A DNA stretch of 64,000 nucleotides from Octopus vulgaris (Eukaryota): the NCBI GenBank assembly GCA_951406725.2, contig OX597831.1, forward strand, positions 21,328,001 to 21,392,000. Direction: 5' to 3'. The notes below the pieces were generated by a model. It searched no databases and was not told the DNA's origin. It saw nothing but the letters and a program-made list of their open reading frames with translations. Below, piece by piece: positions 39,005 to 53,596 of this stretch; the first letter of the stretch is position 1, and every line of letters begins with the position of its first letter. Position numbers and translations under genes: made by a program.

Positions 39005-40020
39005 TTAATCCGCGTTTGTTCACGTAGGCGATTATCGATCCTAAATTAGATGTGGTTGAGTAGGAGATTTTCACAGATGATTTATTAACGATAGGATAGT
39101 ATTTATGCTGTGGTGGAAAATTGGATTATAGAGTTTTAAAGTGTTTAAGTAGAGATTTAACTTGGAGAAAGGAGGGTGCAGCAAACCATAAATTTCACGC
39201 TTCCTGGCCTTGGATTATTTAGAGCGTGTACACATAGTAGACTGATCAAGGGAGGGTGGGGTGCTTGTAGTTGTGATAGGCTTGGAGTGGCCAGTGGTGC
39301 GATTGAGTGCGATGTGTAAGGTTGCGGACCTGTTGGATTGGTGTAGAGTGTAGGTTGTGTCCGTAGATTCAGGATTAGTATTGGGGAAGAGATGTGCTAT
39401 TTTAGTTTTAAACTTAGTGTTGGGGATATAATTGATTATTTCGCGGAAGCCGCTTATTTGGAGGGCCTAAAAATAATACGGGGCGTGAATGTTTTAATTT
39501 CTTCGTTAGCCGATAACTTATTCTGATAGATATGCCTGTGATTAGAGAGGGATTAAGGGTGATTGGAGAGGGGATTTATGCATTGTAAAAATTGGTTGGG
39601 TTTATAAAAGGGTGGTATAGAGTGATGCTTAAGTCGAGAGTAACGTCTAAGAAAATGGCCGTCTTAGAGTCAATTTTGAATGAAATACTTAGATTCTAAA
39701 TTCTAAAGAATTTGTGCATTCTACTGACGGCCGAGTTAATCCAGTTGCTGAAAGGAGCGTGTTATTCCTGTATAGGCCGCCTGATAGGTTGGGGAAGTAT
39801 TGATTAATTAGACAGAGGCCTGTAAGTTCGGTGACCTTGTAGGTCCATGTTTATATGGAAGTAATCCGTAGATGAGTTGCGGGTCCAGTTATTATCCTTA
39901 AAGTGAATACGAGTTTTCTTCGCAGCCAAGGTGATATTGGTATCCGATCGGGAGATGGAAGCATATATTCGGGCGAAGACTGAAGTTTTATGTAAGAGAA
40001 TTGGTGATATTAATGAGTAA
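39005..40020 (-). pseudogene. Penelope-like reverse transcriptase remnant
   Basis: Minus strand gives GLYRNN (degenerate YRDD), FLDVTLDL..YHPFIKP, SNHP, ALQISGF, NLWFAAPSF and FPPQHKYYPIVNKSSVKISYS. Confidence 0.8.
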
Positions 40021-40625
40021 TGATGTAGTGGCTAAATGCGTATGTTTGTATATATTAATACACGCACTCAAGCACGAGAGATCACGCACACATACACTTG
40101 TTCTCTTTAGAATATTGCCTCTTTATCATTGTGAGTGATGGTAACTGCAGTTTGAAATTGCCGTCTGTCAGCATAATAGGAGTTAGGTAATGAGTTAGAG
40201 TGGACAGGATTCAGAAAGATAGACAGATAGTCAGATATAGGTAGAAAGATATATAGATAGGGAGAGCGAGAGAGAAAGAGAGAGTGCGTGTGTATGTGTG
40301 TGTATGGAAGAGAGAGAAAGAGAATAAAGAAGAAAGAAAGAGAGAGATGAATAGGCGGTAGACAGACATATATATAATTAGATCGAAGGATATACAGATA
40401 TATGGTAGATAGATAAAGAGATGAATATTGGGTACAGATAACTGCATATGTATATTGGTACACTAATAGATAGAGAAGCAGTTGGATATGTGTATTCTTA
40501 AACTACGTTGGCAGATAGTTAAATGGCAAGATATATATATGTATTCATGTATTTATGTAGTATGTAATGTAGGTACGTATGCATGAAATCACGCATGTAT
40601 GTCTCCGGTTTGGATTTTTATACAT

Positions 40626-40756
<131 letters not shown>

Positions 40757-40902
40757 TGTATATATATATATATACACACTGCGTGTGTGGGTTTACATAT
40801 TTATATATATATGTATATCTGCGTGTGTGGCTTTACATATATCTATCTATCTATATATATATATATATATATATAGCTAGATGAATCGATAGATCGATAG
40901 AT

Positions 40903-40947
<45 letters not shown>

Positions 40948-41387
40948 AGTAGAAAGATACATAGATTAGATAGAGAGACGATGATGAGAGTGGTAGGCGA
41001 CAGAACTTTTAAGTATGCTTTTAAGTATCTAGCTAAGCTAACTAATTAAAGTAGCCAGATCTTGTTGAAGAGCTCTCTCTAATTAGAATAGTTAGTACTC
41101 AAGGACGATGCTGTAAAATTCTAGTAGATTAATGGACATGACTTATTGATAACAGAAGAGTCTTTACAACAACACTTCTAAATAGGAAATTCATCGCCAA
41201 ATGGAAACGGCTTATTTTATGCTAATCTTCGTTCGGTAATTCTTGCTTCGACACTCAAATCTTTCTCTCTTCATTTCTTTTATTTCTTTTTCTTTGTCTT
41301 CCTCAATCTTCTTATTCTCTCCCTCTTCTCTTACGTTGTCTCAGTTATTCACCCTCTATTTCTTTCTCCAACAATCACCCCGTTTGA

Positions 41388-41441
<54 letters not shown>

Positions 41442-41558
41442 ATCTGTGAATGTATATATATATATATATATATACATAAATATATATATATATACATATA
41501 TATGTGTGTGTATATACATATTTATATATATATATATATACATGCATACATATATCTA

Positions 41559-41597
<39 letters not shown>

Positions 41598-41615
41598 ATA
41601 TATATATATAAATAG

Positions 41616-41668
<53 letters not shown>

Positions 41669-41779
41669 TATACATAGGTACATATATACATATATCAATA
41701 TGTATGTGTGTTTGTGTGTGTGCATGTGCATGTGTGTCTGTCTGCTCGTGTGTGTATCTGTACATATGAATTAGATAAA

Positions 41780-41900
41780 TGACAAAGGAACCATAAAGTA
41801 TGTAATGAAATTCATTAGCTTACAGCTGTTTCTAATACGAGATGCAGAGCATTCAGAGCTGATTCCTTATGCATTAACTTTCTCGAAGCTTTTATTATAA
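41780..41900 (-). other. Degenerate hammerhead remnant (GAAA-CAGCTG-TA with AGCT/AGCT stem I)
   Basis: Minus strand reads AGCT-CTGAATG...GAAACAGCTGTA-AGCT. Box 1 and stem II are damaged. Confidence 0.35.
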
Positions 41901-42419
41901 ATTGCTAGGTTTGGAGAGAAAGCATTTGCAGATATAAGATAAGATCAATTTCGAAAGGTATAAAAATACAGACGAAATTGAGCGTAAATATTGAATGATA
42001 AAAGCCTCTGTCAGAAGTATGTAAATTTAAGATGATTTTGCGTATATATGTATATACAAAGGCACATGATAAATTATTATTTAAATCTCTGTTCATTCGT
42101 ATACATAAAGTATAGACAGAGTCGATACATTAAAATCTTATTGAACACACGGCTAACCGAGATAACCTCCACATAAATCAGCCAATGGAGACAGATACAA
42201 AGTTGAAGAATTTAAAATCTAGAGAGGTATACTGAGAGAAAAGGAAAGAGAGAGAGAGAGAGAGAGATAATATGAAAGAGAGGAATAAAGGGCTTGCTAA
42301 GATTGTAAAACTGTTGAAAGCATTAATAGTTTTAAGGATCCTAACCAGATTGACAATTGACAGTCTTGTATTTCACCTACTTCACAATATTATGACATTA
42401 GAGGAAGTCTTTACAAAGA

Positions 42420-43200
42420 CGAATGCCTTCGTATTGTGGAAGGTTCTATCCCACCATAAGTGAAATGTACCCGTAAAATTCTTCGTAGCTTATTTACGAT
42501 TTATCATGTCTCACTCCCATTCCAATCTAAGATTAAAATTGTAAACTTCTGTGACATAACATTACCAAAATCCGAATGAAAATTTACACTATATCCACTC
42601 TGAATCCAATCATCCTGGATCAATGATTAACGGAGTAATGAAAAGCATATGTATTCGAGCATCTAAGTTAAACGCAAATAGGGAAATGTTTAACAGAATG
42701 AGCTGCTATTGCAATGAGGTTCTCAGCAAAAGCGGATATATAGAAAAATATATTTATATACTGAACGAAACACTCAGTTTTTACATCCTGAAAAGTGTGG
42801 ACAACTCAATAAGTGAATAAAAAAATCAACAAGAAAATAATAAAAGAACAGTCTCTAGGGATTTAGTCAGCTCTCAATTCCTAAACTCTCAGAGAGAAAC
42901 TAATAATCTCCTAGTTACTTGAAATTGTATTATCAGTTACAATACTACATACTCCAGGATATTAACACTAAGGGAAATATTAGGTCTACGAAAGTTATTT
43001 GGTATAATCCACTCCATAGTTTCAAGGTTAAATTTCACCAACCTAAAATATTCTTCTCTATTTTAAAATTCCAATTCCTTCTATATAACAAATACGACCA
43101 AATGTATATTAAGTATAGTGTTAACCTATCAGACACTAGAAGCCCAAATCTTGTAGATGCTATCAGCAGAACTACGTTTAAAGTAAACAATACCAATCTA
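42420..43200 (+). pseudogene. Penelope-like RT C-terminal/thumb remnant
   Basis: SNHPGSMINGVMKSICIRASKLNANREMF...VLSKSGY and RSTKVIWYNPLHS...SVNLS. Confidence 0.7.
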
Positions 43201-43549
43201 TGATATTTAAGCATATGTATTTGTTTGCCTAGTTATATGTATCTATATGTGTACATATCAATGCATGTGTCTATGCTTGTATACGTATATACATGTGTAT
43301 ATAGATGAATATATATATGAGCTTGTCTAATTGTATCCTTGCGAGTCTTTACGGCTATATGTATGTATATTTTTTTGTACATGTATGGTTATCAATCATG
43401 ATTTGTGTGCGTGTGTGTGTGTGTGTTTATGCGACAATGACGACCATCATCACCACCAACACCATCACTATGGCCTGCGCCACAATCCAACATTCACTGT
43501 CTTCATTAACATCACCATTGCTGTGCCCGCCACCGATCGAAGTTACCAC

Positions 43550-44680
43550 CATCATCACAACCACGATCACTTCTACCATCATCAGTACAAGCAGCGGCAG
43601 TAGTAGCACTATTTTCACCACCACCAGCACCACCAGCACCAGCACCAGCACCACCACCAGCACCACCGCCAGCACCACCACCAGCACCACCGCCACCACC
43701 AGCACCACCGCCACCACCAGCACCACCGCCACCAGCACCACCACCACCAGCACCACCAGCACCACCACCAGCACCACCGCCACCAGCACCACCACAACCA
43801 CCACCAGCACCACCAGCACCACCACCACCACCACCGCCACCACCAGTACCACCACCAGCACCACAACCACCAGCACCACCAGCACCAGCACCACCAGCAC
43901 CCCCACAACCACCACCAGCACCACCACCAGCACCACCGCCACCACCAGCACCACCACCAGCACCACCAGCCAGCACCAGCACCACCAGCACCACCAGCAC
44001 CACTACCACCACCACCACCACCAACAACAACAAAAACAACATCAACAACAACACAGACACCGCCACCGCCATCACACTCACTGTGGTCTATACCATTATC
44101 CGCTGTCCGCCGCCATCGTTACCACCACCACCACCACTGCCATCCCAGATCACAACCAAGAACACGTAACACAGCTACCATCACCAACAAGACCAGCACA
44201 AGCAGCAGCGCCATCACCATAGAACACACCACCACCACCACCATAGGATACACCAACATCATCAAATCACTTAAAGCCACCACCACCACCACCACCACCA
44301 CCACCACCACTACCACCACCACCACCACCACCACCACCACTACCACCACCACTATCACCACCACCACTACCACCACCACCATCACCACCACCACTACCAC
44401 CACCACCACCACCACCACCACCACACCACCACCACCACCACCACCACCACCACCACCACCACCACCACTACCACCACCACCACTACCACCACCACCATCA
44501 CCACCACCACCACCACCACCACTACCACCACCACCACTACCACCACCACCATCACCACCACCACTACCACCACCACTACTACCACCACCACCATCACCAC
44601 CACCACTACCACCACTACCATCACCACCACCACCACTACCACCACCACCACCACCACCACCACCACCACCACCACCACCA
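43550..44680. repeat. (CAC)n/(CAGCAC)n compound trinucleotide array
   Basis: Direct reading; source of the poly-T/H/G/V ORFs. Confidence 0.92.
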
Positions 44681-45086
44681 ACACAGAACCCCAGCTTCCT
44701 CCGCCGGCAAAATGCAACAGTCGTCTTACAAATAGTTCAGCTGCAACTCGCAAGGTGATCATTAATAAACGACATCATTATTAATTCTTTTGGCAGCACC
44801 AATTATCAATGTCTTGTGTGTGTATCTGGACATCTGGTCACTGGCCTTTATATATAAATGATCGGCTGAGAAGAAGTCAAGCAGCAGTGATGCTATTGAC
44901 CTGAATACGGAACGCTGAACGTAATTTACCTATTAAACCAGGTGTGTTAATCGCGGTTGTTTCTTACCCTGGTTCGACCAAGTGAAAGGTCCTTGGCCGT
45001 TTCAGATATGCGCGGATTAAAATGTTCACTATAATATTGATTTACGTCTCGTATAGATATTTACATATTCACAGATATACGCACAC

Positions 45087-45128
<42 letters not shown>

Positions 45129-45494
45129 CACAGCACTCATACACACACGTGTGTGCATATGTGTTTGCAGGTGATTGGCTAGTTGGGTATGAGTGTTCTA
45201 TCACTTAATTATACTAATTGTGCACGCCCCAAGCATCAGACATTCACCTGCGTAAAGAATGATGGTATGTAGCAATATATATATACTTTGACTGATCTGT
45301 ATGTCTGTGTTAGTGTTTGCGTGTGGTTGTGCATTTCATGAATATATATATATATATATATGTATATACGGTATATATATGTATGTAAGTATATGAATAT
45401 ATGTATAGCTATATATCTATCTATTTATCTACCTAAATATGTACATAACAATGTATTTATATGTGAACATATATACATACCTACTCATTTAATC

Positions 45495-45720
45495 TCTTAC
45501 TTGTTTCAGTCATTTGAATGAGGCCATGTTGGAGCATCGCCTTTTGTCGAGCAAATCGACTTATTCTTTGTAAGCCTAGTACTTATTCTATCGGACTCTT
45601 TTGCCAAACCGCTAAGCTACGGGGACGTAAACACACCAGCATTGGTTGTCGAGCGATGTTGTGTGTGTGTGTGTGTGGGGGGGCAAACACCGACGCACAA
45701 ACATATACACACACATACAT

Positions 45721-45775
<55 letters not shown>

Positions 45776-45935
45776 CATATACACGACGAGCTTCTTTCGG
45801 TTTCCGTCTATCAAATCCACTCACAAGGCTTTGGTCGGCAGAAGAGAAGACATCTGCCCAAGTTGCCACGCAGTGGGACTGAACACGGAACCATGTGGTT
45901 GGTAAGCAAGCTACTTACCACACAGCCACTCCTAT
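45495..45935 (-). mobile_element. SINE family B copy
   Basis: Reverse complement of 28982-29370. Confidence 0.88.
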
Positions 45936-45936
45936 G

Positions 45937-45998
<62 letters not shown>

Positions 45999-46449
45999 CG
46001 TATATATATATATATAAGTATATGTATAAGCATGCAAACAAATATATGTGTGTGTGTGTGCATTTATATACGCACACACTCATATACATATGTATATATA
46101 AATGTATACACTTGCATATGCTATATTTGTATAAATATTTTTATATAAATGAGCGCAAACTTGCATAGCTGTACACAATGTCTTATGGTTGAGAAATATG
46201 TCAAGGGTCCTCCTTTTATCTTTAAAACTACGAGACAAATGTCGGATAATGATCAATGACTTTTACATTAATTACACCAAATGTTGTAATTTCCTTGAAT
46301 GCGCCCATAGCTGTCATTAGTGGTTATATATCAGTGTCATTACAAAATCGGTTTTTGGTCCACTAGAGTTATAACAATTACAAACTTGGTGAGACGGAAT
46401 CATTGCTTAACTAATGTAATGAAATTCCATGCTGACTGTGAAACAGCTA

Positions 46450-46981
46450 TTGGGTTGTCCGGTAAGTTCGTGCCGATTTTTAAAGGAAAGGAAAAGTTCA
46501 ATAAATACTTGCCATTACATTTTTAATCAACCAAATATTAACCATTTTATTGCACAATGCGTCTCCATCTTTCCTTTAACTTGAGAATTGAGGCGGTTTC
46601 ATGGCAAATAATTCATCACGGTATCTTTTTACGTTATCCAAAGAATTGAAATGTTTACCATTAAGACTATTCTGCAGAGACCTGAATCAGTGGAAATCAG
46701 AAGGAGCAATATCTGGTGAATATGTAGGGTGGGGTAACATATCCCAGCCGAGCTGCAGCAATTTTTGTCTGGTTCCCAAACCGTCAAGTCCCGAAAATGA
46801 ACTTCCTTATCTTCCATTTTAAAATGTTACAAAATTAACAGAGATGTTATAGGAATAAACCTTCTTCCACGAAAAATAGCTTAAACTGTGGTTGAGTCCT
46901 GTCTTATGGACTCAATCATTTTCTAAAATAAGTCTAAACGTAAGCTACTATAAATCGGCACGAACTTTCCGGACAGCCCAA
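46450..46981 (-). mobile_element. Internally deleted non-autonomous mariner with TIRs and TA target-site duplication
   Basis: TA-TTGGGTTGTCCGGTAAGTTCGTGCCGATTT ... AAATCGGCACGAACTTTCCGGACAGCCCAA-TA. The minus strand joins MEDKEVHFR to QKLLQLGWDMLPHPTYSPDIAPSDFH. Confidence 0.92.
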
Positions 46982-47339
46982 TATATCGGGGAGAAAAAAG
47001 TTTATCCTGCGTGACTTTATAAATGATGTCTAACAAAAAATACCTTGGATGTTTCCACAAGTGTAACTCAACTGATGTTAAACGATAACACCTGCGGCCC
47101 GCTTCTTGTAAAAGGTTGCCAATACACGGGTATGTCTTGCCCCGCAGATTATATATAGTAGCTAAATCTCCTTGAAATCACACTACGCAATCTAAAATGA
47201 AAATGAAAGAAAATACTCCCAACCCAATTTCAGTCTAATTGAAAACAATATAAGCATGGTTGGCCACAAATGGATTGCTTTTGTTCAGGTGTTTCTGAGT
47301 CAAGAAGGATCTGGGGCCAAATAACAACAATAAACTTAA

Positions 47340-47524
47340 TACAGTTCTATATTTAAGAGATGAGGAATTATATACACTACTTACTTCATTTACGATATTT
47401 ACAAATATCCGTCCTCATCTTGTTTGATGCTAAGACAACGTTTCGGCTGATATACCCACCAGCCTTCATCAGGTGTCTGGGGGAAGTTTCTAACCTGAGT
47501 TCTCAATCCTAAGGTATTTTTCGA

Positions 47525-47589
<65 letters not shown>

Positions 47590-47675
47590 GCATTATTATT
47601 CAGGTCACTGCTTGGAATCGAACTCGGAATCTTGAGCTTAGTAGTCCGCGCTCTTAACCACTACGCCATATGCCC
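47340..47675 (-). mobile_element. tRNA-headed element with (AAT)n spacer and hammerhead tail (left arm of palindrome; HHR at 47432-47477)
   Basis: Minus strand reads GGGCATATGGCGTAGTGGTTAAGAGCGC...GAGTTCGATTCC (A and B boxes), (AAT)n, then GACAC-CTGATGA-A-GGCTG..CAGCC-GAAACGTT-GTCTT. Confidence 0.8.
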
Positions 47676-47677
47676 GT

Positions 47678-47731
47678 GGGTATATGGCGTAGTGGGTACT
47701 AACCCCAAGATACTGAGTTCGATTCCAGTGA

Positions 47732-47808
<77 letters not shown>

Positions 47809-47940
47809 TTAACATTGAAAAATTCCTTAGGATTGAGGAAATTTCCCCAAAACACCTGATGGAGGCTGGAGAGAATACCAGACGAAACGTTGTGTTAATA
47901 ACAAACAAAATGAGGACAAATATCTATAAACATCAAATAT
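47678..47940 (+). mobile_element. tRNA-headed element with (AAT)n spacer and hammerhead tail (right arm; HHR at 47851-47896)
   Basis: GGGTATATGGCGTAGTGG..GAGTTCGATTCC, (AAT)n, then AACAC-CTGATGG-A-GGCTGG..CCAGAC-GAAACGTT-GTGTT. Confidence 0.8.
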
Positions 47941-48392
47941 TTATGTACCTTCAAGATAATATGTTCTAGAATGCTCTACTGATTATCCTCGTAGGTAATA
48001 CCACCCTTTATCTTAACAGTAGTCATTAGTTATCATTCATGCTTCAAACATTAATTATCAAATGAGAAGCACACAGACTTTCGTTATAATATTGTCTTTA
48101 ATTCAGCAGACGTATTCATGATAATTCTGTAGATGCTTTATCTCTGTTCTGTAGAAATTTACAGTGATGTGGTATTGATGTAACCTAAAACTAATCCATT
48201 TTTGTTATTTTTGTTTTGAAAATTCAAGTCGTTCTTTATTTTTTTTCTTTTTGGTTCAGCTACATTACATAATTCTCGACCGATTTTATGTAATATATCT
48301 CCACACGAATCGTAACCTTGTCATATATAAATGTCCCGTTTTTTCTCACATTTCTGTGGCAAACAAAAAGAACATTATGTTGAAGGTGTTCA

Positions 48393-48460
48393 TATCATCA
48401 TCATCATCTACCAACCGCCACCGCCACCAGCACCACCACCATCATCACCATCAGCATCAA

Positions 48461-48540
<80 letters not shown>

Positions 48541-48544
48541 ACAT

Positions 48545-48596
<52 letters not shown>

Positions 48597-48650
48597 GTCT
48601 TCATCGTCATCGTGGTCGTTGCCACCGTCGTCATCATGGTCGTCGTTATT

Positions 48651-48681
<31 letters not shown>

Positions 48682-48825
48682 CCATCACCATCATCATCAT
48701 CATCATCATCATCGTCTTCATCGTCATCGTGGTCGTTGCCACCGTCGTCATCGTGGTCATCGTTATCATCATGATCATCAACAACAACATCATTATCATT
48801 ATCATCATCATCATCATCATCGTCA
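48393..48825. repeat. (CAT)n array with an internal duplicated 40-bp motif
   Basis: CGTCTTCATCGTCATCGTGGTCGTTGCCACCGTCGTCATC occurs at ~48596 and ~48713. Confidence 0.92.
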
Positions 48826-48842
48826 TATCTGTTTTATGATAC

Positions 48843-49215
48843 GGACAAAATGCTTAGCGGCATTTCTTCGGCACAAACGATCTGAAATCAAATTCTGCCG
48901 AGTTCCATTTTACCCTTTCGCAATTTCGGCATCGATAAATTACAAATTAAGTACCAGTTAAGCACTGGGATCTATGTAATCCACATTCACCCAACCCCGA
49001 AATTACTGGCCTTGAGACAAAATTTGAAACAAGTACTATTGCAAAAAAAAAAAAAGCGAACTGGTAGAATCGTTATTACGCTGGCTCTTCATGTCCTGAT
49101 GGCAAACAGAGCTGAGGCTGATATTGTCTTTCATCCTTTCAGAATCGATTGAATTGGAAGCCAAACGATAAGCGGGGTCGATGGATTCGACAAGCCCTTT
49201 CTCCCCAAATTCCCG
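48843..49215 (+). mobile_element. Two degenerate SINE family A copies
   Basis: AAATGCTTAGCGGCATTTC, TAAGTACCAGTTAAGCACTGGG and CTTTCATCCTTTC motifs. Confidence 0.65.
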
Positions 49216-49229
49216 GGCTTACTCTTTTA

Positions 49230-49690
<461 letters not shown>

Positions 49691-50028
49691 ATTATTATTG
49701 TTGTTAGTGCTGGTTATTTTTTTTCTTCGCAGCGTTTGCGTTACAGAAAATTCAACCATCATATTTGTTCTTGTACCTTTTGTAATCTTCTTTCACGTTC
49801 GTTCATCGAATTGGTTACACAGAGTGTCAGGAACAAGATGTCTGCACGCCAGACATCTGTAATCCGTTGATCCCGTTGTCTTGTCATTGTTGTTTAACAA
49901 TGCATGGCTGAATATGCTTAAAGCCGTCGCTTTTTATTTAGGATGCGTGACAGAGGGATACAATGCATAAGTGTGTGTGTGTGTAGTGTGTAAGTGTAGT
50001 TGTTAGTGTTTGTGTTTGTGTATGTAAG

Positions 50029-50076
<48 letters not shown>

Positions 50077-50138
50077 CATAAATGCATACATACATACATA
50101 CATACATATATATATATATATGTGTGTCTGTGTGTGTG

Positions 50139-50445
50139 TGAGGCGCAATGGCCCAGTGGTTAGGACAGCGGACTCGCGGTCGGAGGAACGCGGTTTCGAT
50201 TCCCAGACCGAGCGTTGTGAGTGTTTATCGAGCCAAAACACACAAAGCTCCACGAATCTCCGGCAGGGGTTGGTGCCGATCCCTGCTACACTCTTTCGCC
50301 ACAACTTTCTCTCACTATTTCTTCTGTTGGCCTGCTCAATTAGCCTGCGGGGTGTCGTCATTTGAAGGCTAAAACAATGCGAAGCGCATTGTGACCAGCG
50401 ATGTGTAGCAACATCTGATAGCCTGGTCAGTCACGGTGATCACAT
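50139..50445 (+). mobile_element. SINE family D copy (different 3' tail)
   Basis: Head and body match 27336-27515, then the sequences diverge. Confidence 0.85.
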
Positions 50446-50519
<74 letters not shown>

Positions 50520-51660
50520 CAATGTTCTATTAAAACTAAAGCAGGTGTTGAACCATTAAATCATTCTCCGACATAGTCTCGTCGATTTTCAATACACTTT
50601 TCCAGGTCGAGCAATCCGCAAATTTTCTTATTCCATCGGAGAAGAAGGTTTTCACATGCCTTGGTGGTCCCGGAGCTATTTATACACCACTTTCTGCTCT
50701 TCTTCCTCCGTAGCAAGCCGACGACCTCGTAAAGAACATTTGAGCGATATGAATTGTATGCAAGCTGTTCCAGCAAATCAAAACCCAATTTTTGAACGGC
50801 CGTATGCTGGCGTGCTTTGATAATAAAGCTTAACGTTTGGTGCAAATTGCTGGTTTCAATCGGTTGACCAGCATTTTACTGGAAGCTGCACTGGTGACTG
50901 TACACTCCTTTCTTAGGTAATATTCCAGGATATGATCTTTTGCGTCCTTAAAAATGTTTCGCATCATTTTATTTACGGAAGGATACGACTTGAAATCCCT
51001 TTTTATGACGATTTCGGGTGTTCCCTTTCCATACTCCGCATTTTGAACTCTGCTTCAAAGTGATAGATCCAAGCCTCACCTCCTGTAACTATTATCCTCA
51101 AAAAAGCTTCAATTTTCGCTGTGGTGGAGGGGTACCTTAGATACATCACATGAAAGTGTGGATAATTGTAGACTATCTCTTGTATGTACGCAGACATCTC
51201 AATAGTAATTACATACCTTTCCTTATACCTATTTCTTTACTACCCACAAGGGGCTAAACACAGAGAGGGCGAACAAGGACAGACAAACGGATTTAAGTCG
51301 ATCATATCGACGCCAATGCGTAACTGTACTTATTTAATCGACCCCGAAAAGATGAAAGGCAAAGTCGACCTCGGCGGAATTTGAACTCAGAACGTAACGG
51401 CAGACGAAATACCGCTAAGCATTTCGCCCGGCGCGCTAACGTTTCTGCCAGCTCGCCGCCTTCAATACCTGGCTCTTATACCTTTCCTTATACCTGGCTC
51501 TTCAAACTTGTTAATGCATTATTATTTTTCATTTCAGATTGCAGTAGCTATGACACAAACATTAGACGCAAAGACGTTGTCTGATTTTCAGTGAAGACGT
51601 AATGTAGTTCAGTTTGATGATGGACTTGACCAGTACATGATTGCACGAGGCACTGGGATT
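50520..51660 (-). mobile_element. Mariner transposase remnant interrupted by a SINE
   Basis: Minus strand gives RIIVTGGEAWIYHFEAEFKMRSME, ARQHTA..KLGFDLLEQLAY and EKCIENRRDYVGE. Confidence 0.75.
51222..51462 (-). mobile_element. Young SINE family A copy
   Basis: Near-consensus sequence. ATACCTTTCCTTATACCT is duplicated on both sides. Confidence 0.9.
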
Positions 51661-51692
51661 CCTTTTGCCGCAATCAAGAGTGTGATTATACA

Positions 51693-51918
51693 TATTTCTT
51701 TACTACCCACAAGGGGCTAAACATAGAGGGGACAAACAAGGACAGACATAGGTATTAAGTCGATTACATGGACCCCAGTGCGTAACTGGTACTTAATTTA
51801 TCGACCCCGAAAGGATGAAAGGTAAAGTCGACCTCGGCGGAATTTGAACTCACCACGTAACGGCAGATGAAATACCGCTAAGCATTTCGCCCGGCATGCT
51901 AACGTTTCTGCCAGCTCG
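51693..51918 (-). mobile_element. Young SINE family A copy with 10-bp target-site duplication GTGATTATAC
   Basis: Near-consensus sequence. GTGATTATAC flanks both ends. Confidence 0.9.
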
Positions 51919-52207
51919 CAGTGATTATACCATTTAGTTTTAAACGAGAGGAATCAGCATCATCAGGTCGACACGAGCCCTTTGAAAGTGGGCTGTTGAA
52001 AAGAATCCCGTTGTATGGTTACTGACGTTGCGGAATTACTTGAAAAATAAACGGAATATTTCCGTCAGGCATCCACATGAATTGTACTACCATGGCTGAG
52101 TGGCGAGAAGGAAATGTTTTCGATCAGCAAATATCTCCGGAACAAAAGTAAAATAAATCATTCAAAATTGACGGGGACCATTTGGTTCTGAGATAGGTAT
52201 TTACACA

Positions 52208-52273
<66 letters not shown>

Positions 52274-53223
52274 TACACACACACACAAATACATCACACA
52301 CTCACACACACATACACGCACATCACACAAACATGCAAACAAACACGCATGCACAAGCACAAACAAACGCACACACACGCAAACACACACACAACCACAC
52401 ATACGCACAAACACACTAATATACACACATACACACATGACCATGCACATACACACACACGCAAACACACATACACAAACACAAACGCACACACACATTT
52501 ATAGAGGTACATATATGCGTGCGGAATTCCTGATAAAATTTCCCTATTGTGAAACTAGATCGATCATCCATCAACATGATTAATCTTTTAACTTTTGGGA
52601 AGGATGTTTATTGCCTAATCGCTTCATGGCAGAGAATGCCTTCGTAAGTGCGTGTGTGTATGTATGTGTGTGCGTGTGTGCGCATGCGTGGCGATAAGCT
52701 GTCTCCAATCGACATTTCACCAATTCTCTCCGACCACAGTCTTTCGTCTGTTTTAATTTTGATAAATAGACAAAAACATTCTTTATTCTCAACACCCATG
52801 ACCTTCTGCCAGTCATTTCTAACCACACAAGGCTCAGTGGAGAACATAGTATCCTTCACCTCATCGATAACCTTTCGTACACGCAAAAGCAGTCGCTCCC
52901 CACCCCCAACACTCGCATGCGCACGCGCGTGCCACTTGGATATGAACTACTAATACACACACACACACATCCATATATATATATAAACATATACACATAC
53001 ATACATATATATATATATATATGTGTGTGTCTATATATATATACATATATATATAGACACACAGAAACACACACATATATATATACATATATTTATATAT
53101 ATGTAGAGGAAGGGAGAAAGAGAGAGGGTGATAGATAGATAAACAGACAAATAGATAATCATGTACTCGTAATAGATTACATATAAATATATATATATAT
53201 AAATACACATATACATACACACG

Positions 53224-53277
<54 letters not shown>

Positions 53278-53278
53278 A

Positions 53279-53504
53279 GGCGGCGAGCTGGCAGAACCGT
53301 TAGCACGCTGAGCGAAATGCGTAGCCGTATTTCGTCTGCCATTACGTCCTGAGTTCAAATTCCGCCGAGGTCGACTTTGCCTTTCATCCTTTCGGGGTCG
53401 ATAAACAAAGTACCAGCTTCGCACTGGGGTCGATGTAATCGACTTAATCCGTTTGCCTGTCCTTGTTTGTCCCCTCTGTGTTTAGCCCCTTGTGGGCAGT
53501 AAAG

Positions 53505-53507
<3 letters not shown>
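53279..53507 (+). mobile_element. SINE family A full copy
   Basis: GGCGGCGAGCTGGCAGAA head through GTGGGCAGTAAAGAAA tail. Confidence 0.92.
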
Positions 53508-53539
<32 letters not shown>

Positions 53540-53558
53540 AATGCATCTTCGGACATGA

Positions 53559-53596
<38 letters not shown>

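Noticed and set aside
43305-44222. 305-aa Thr/Ser/His-rich ORF (mucin-like) and antisense Gly/Val-rich ORFs
   Set aside because: CAC/CAG arrays are open in several frames on both strands, the N-terminus comes from TG repeats, and there is no domain or splice support.
48251-48961. 236-aa poly-His ORF
   Set aside because: It is a translation of the (CAT)n array running into a SINE.
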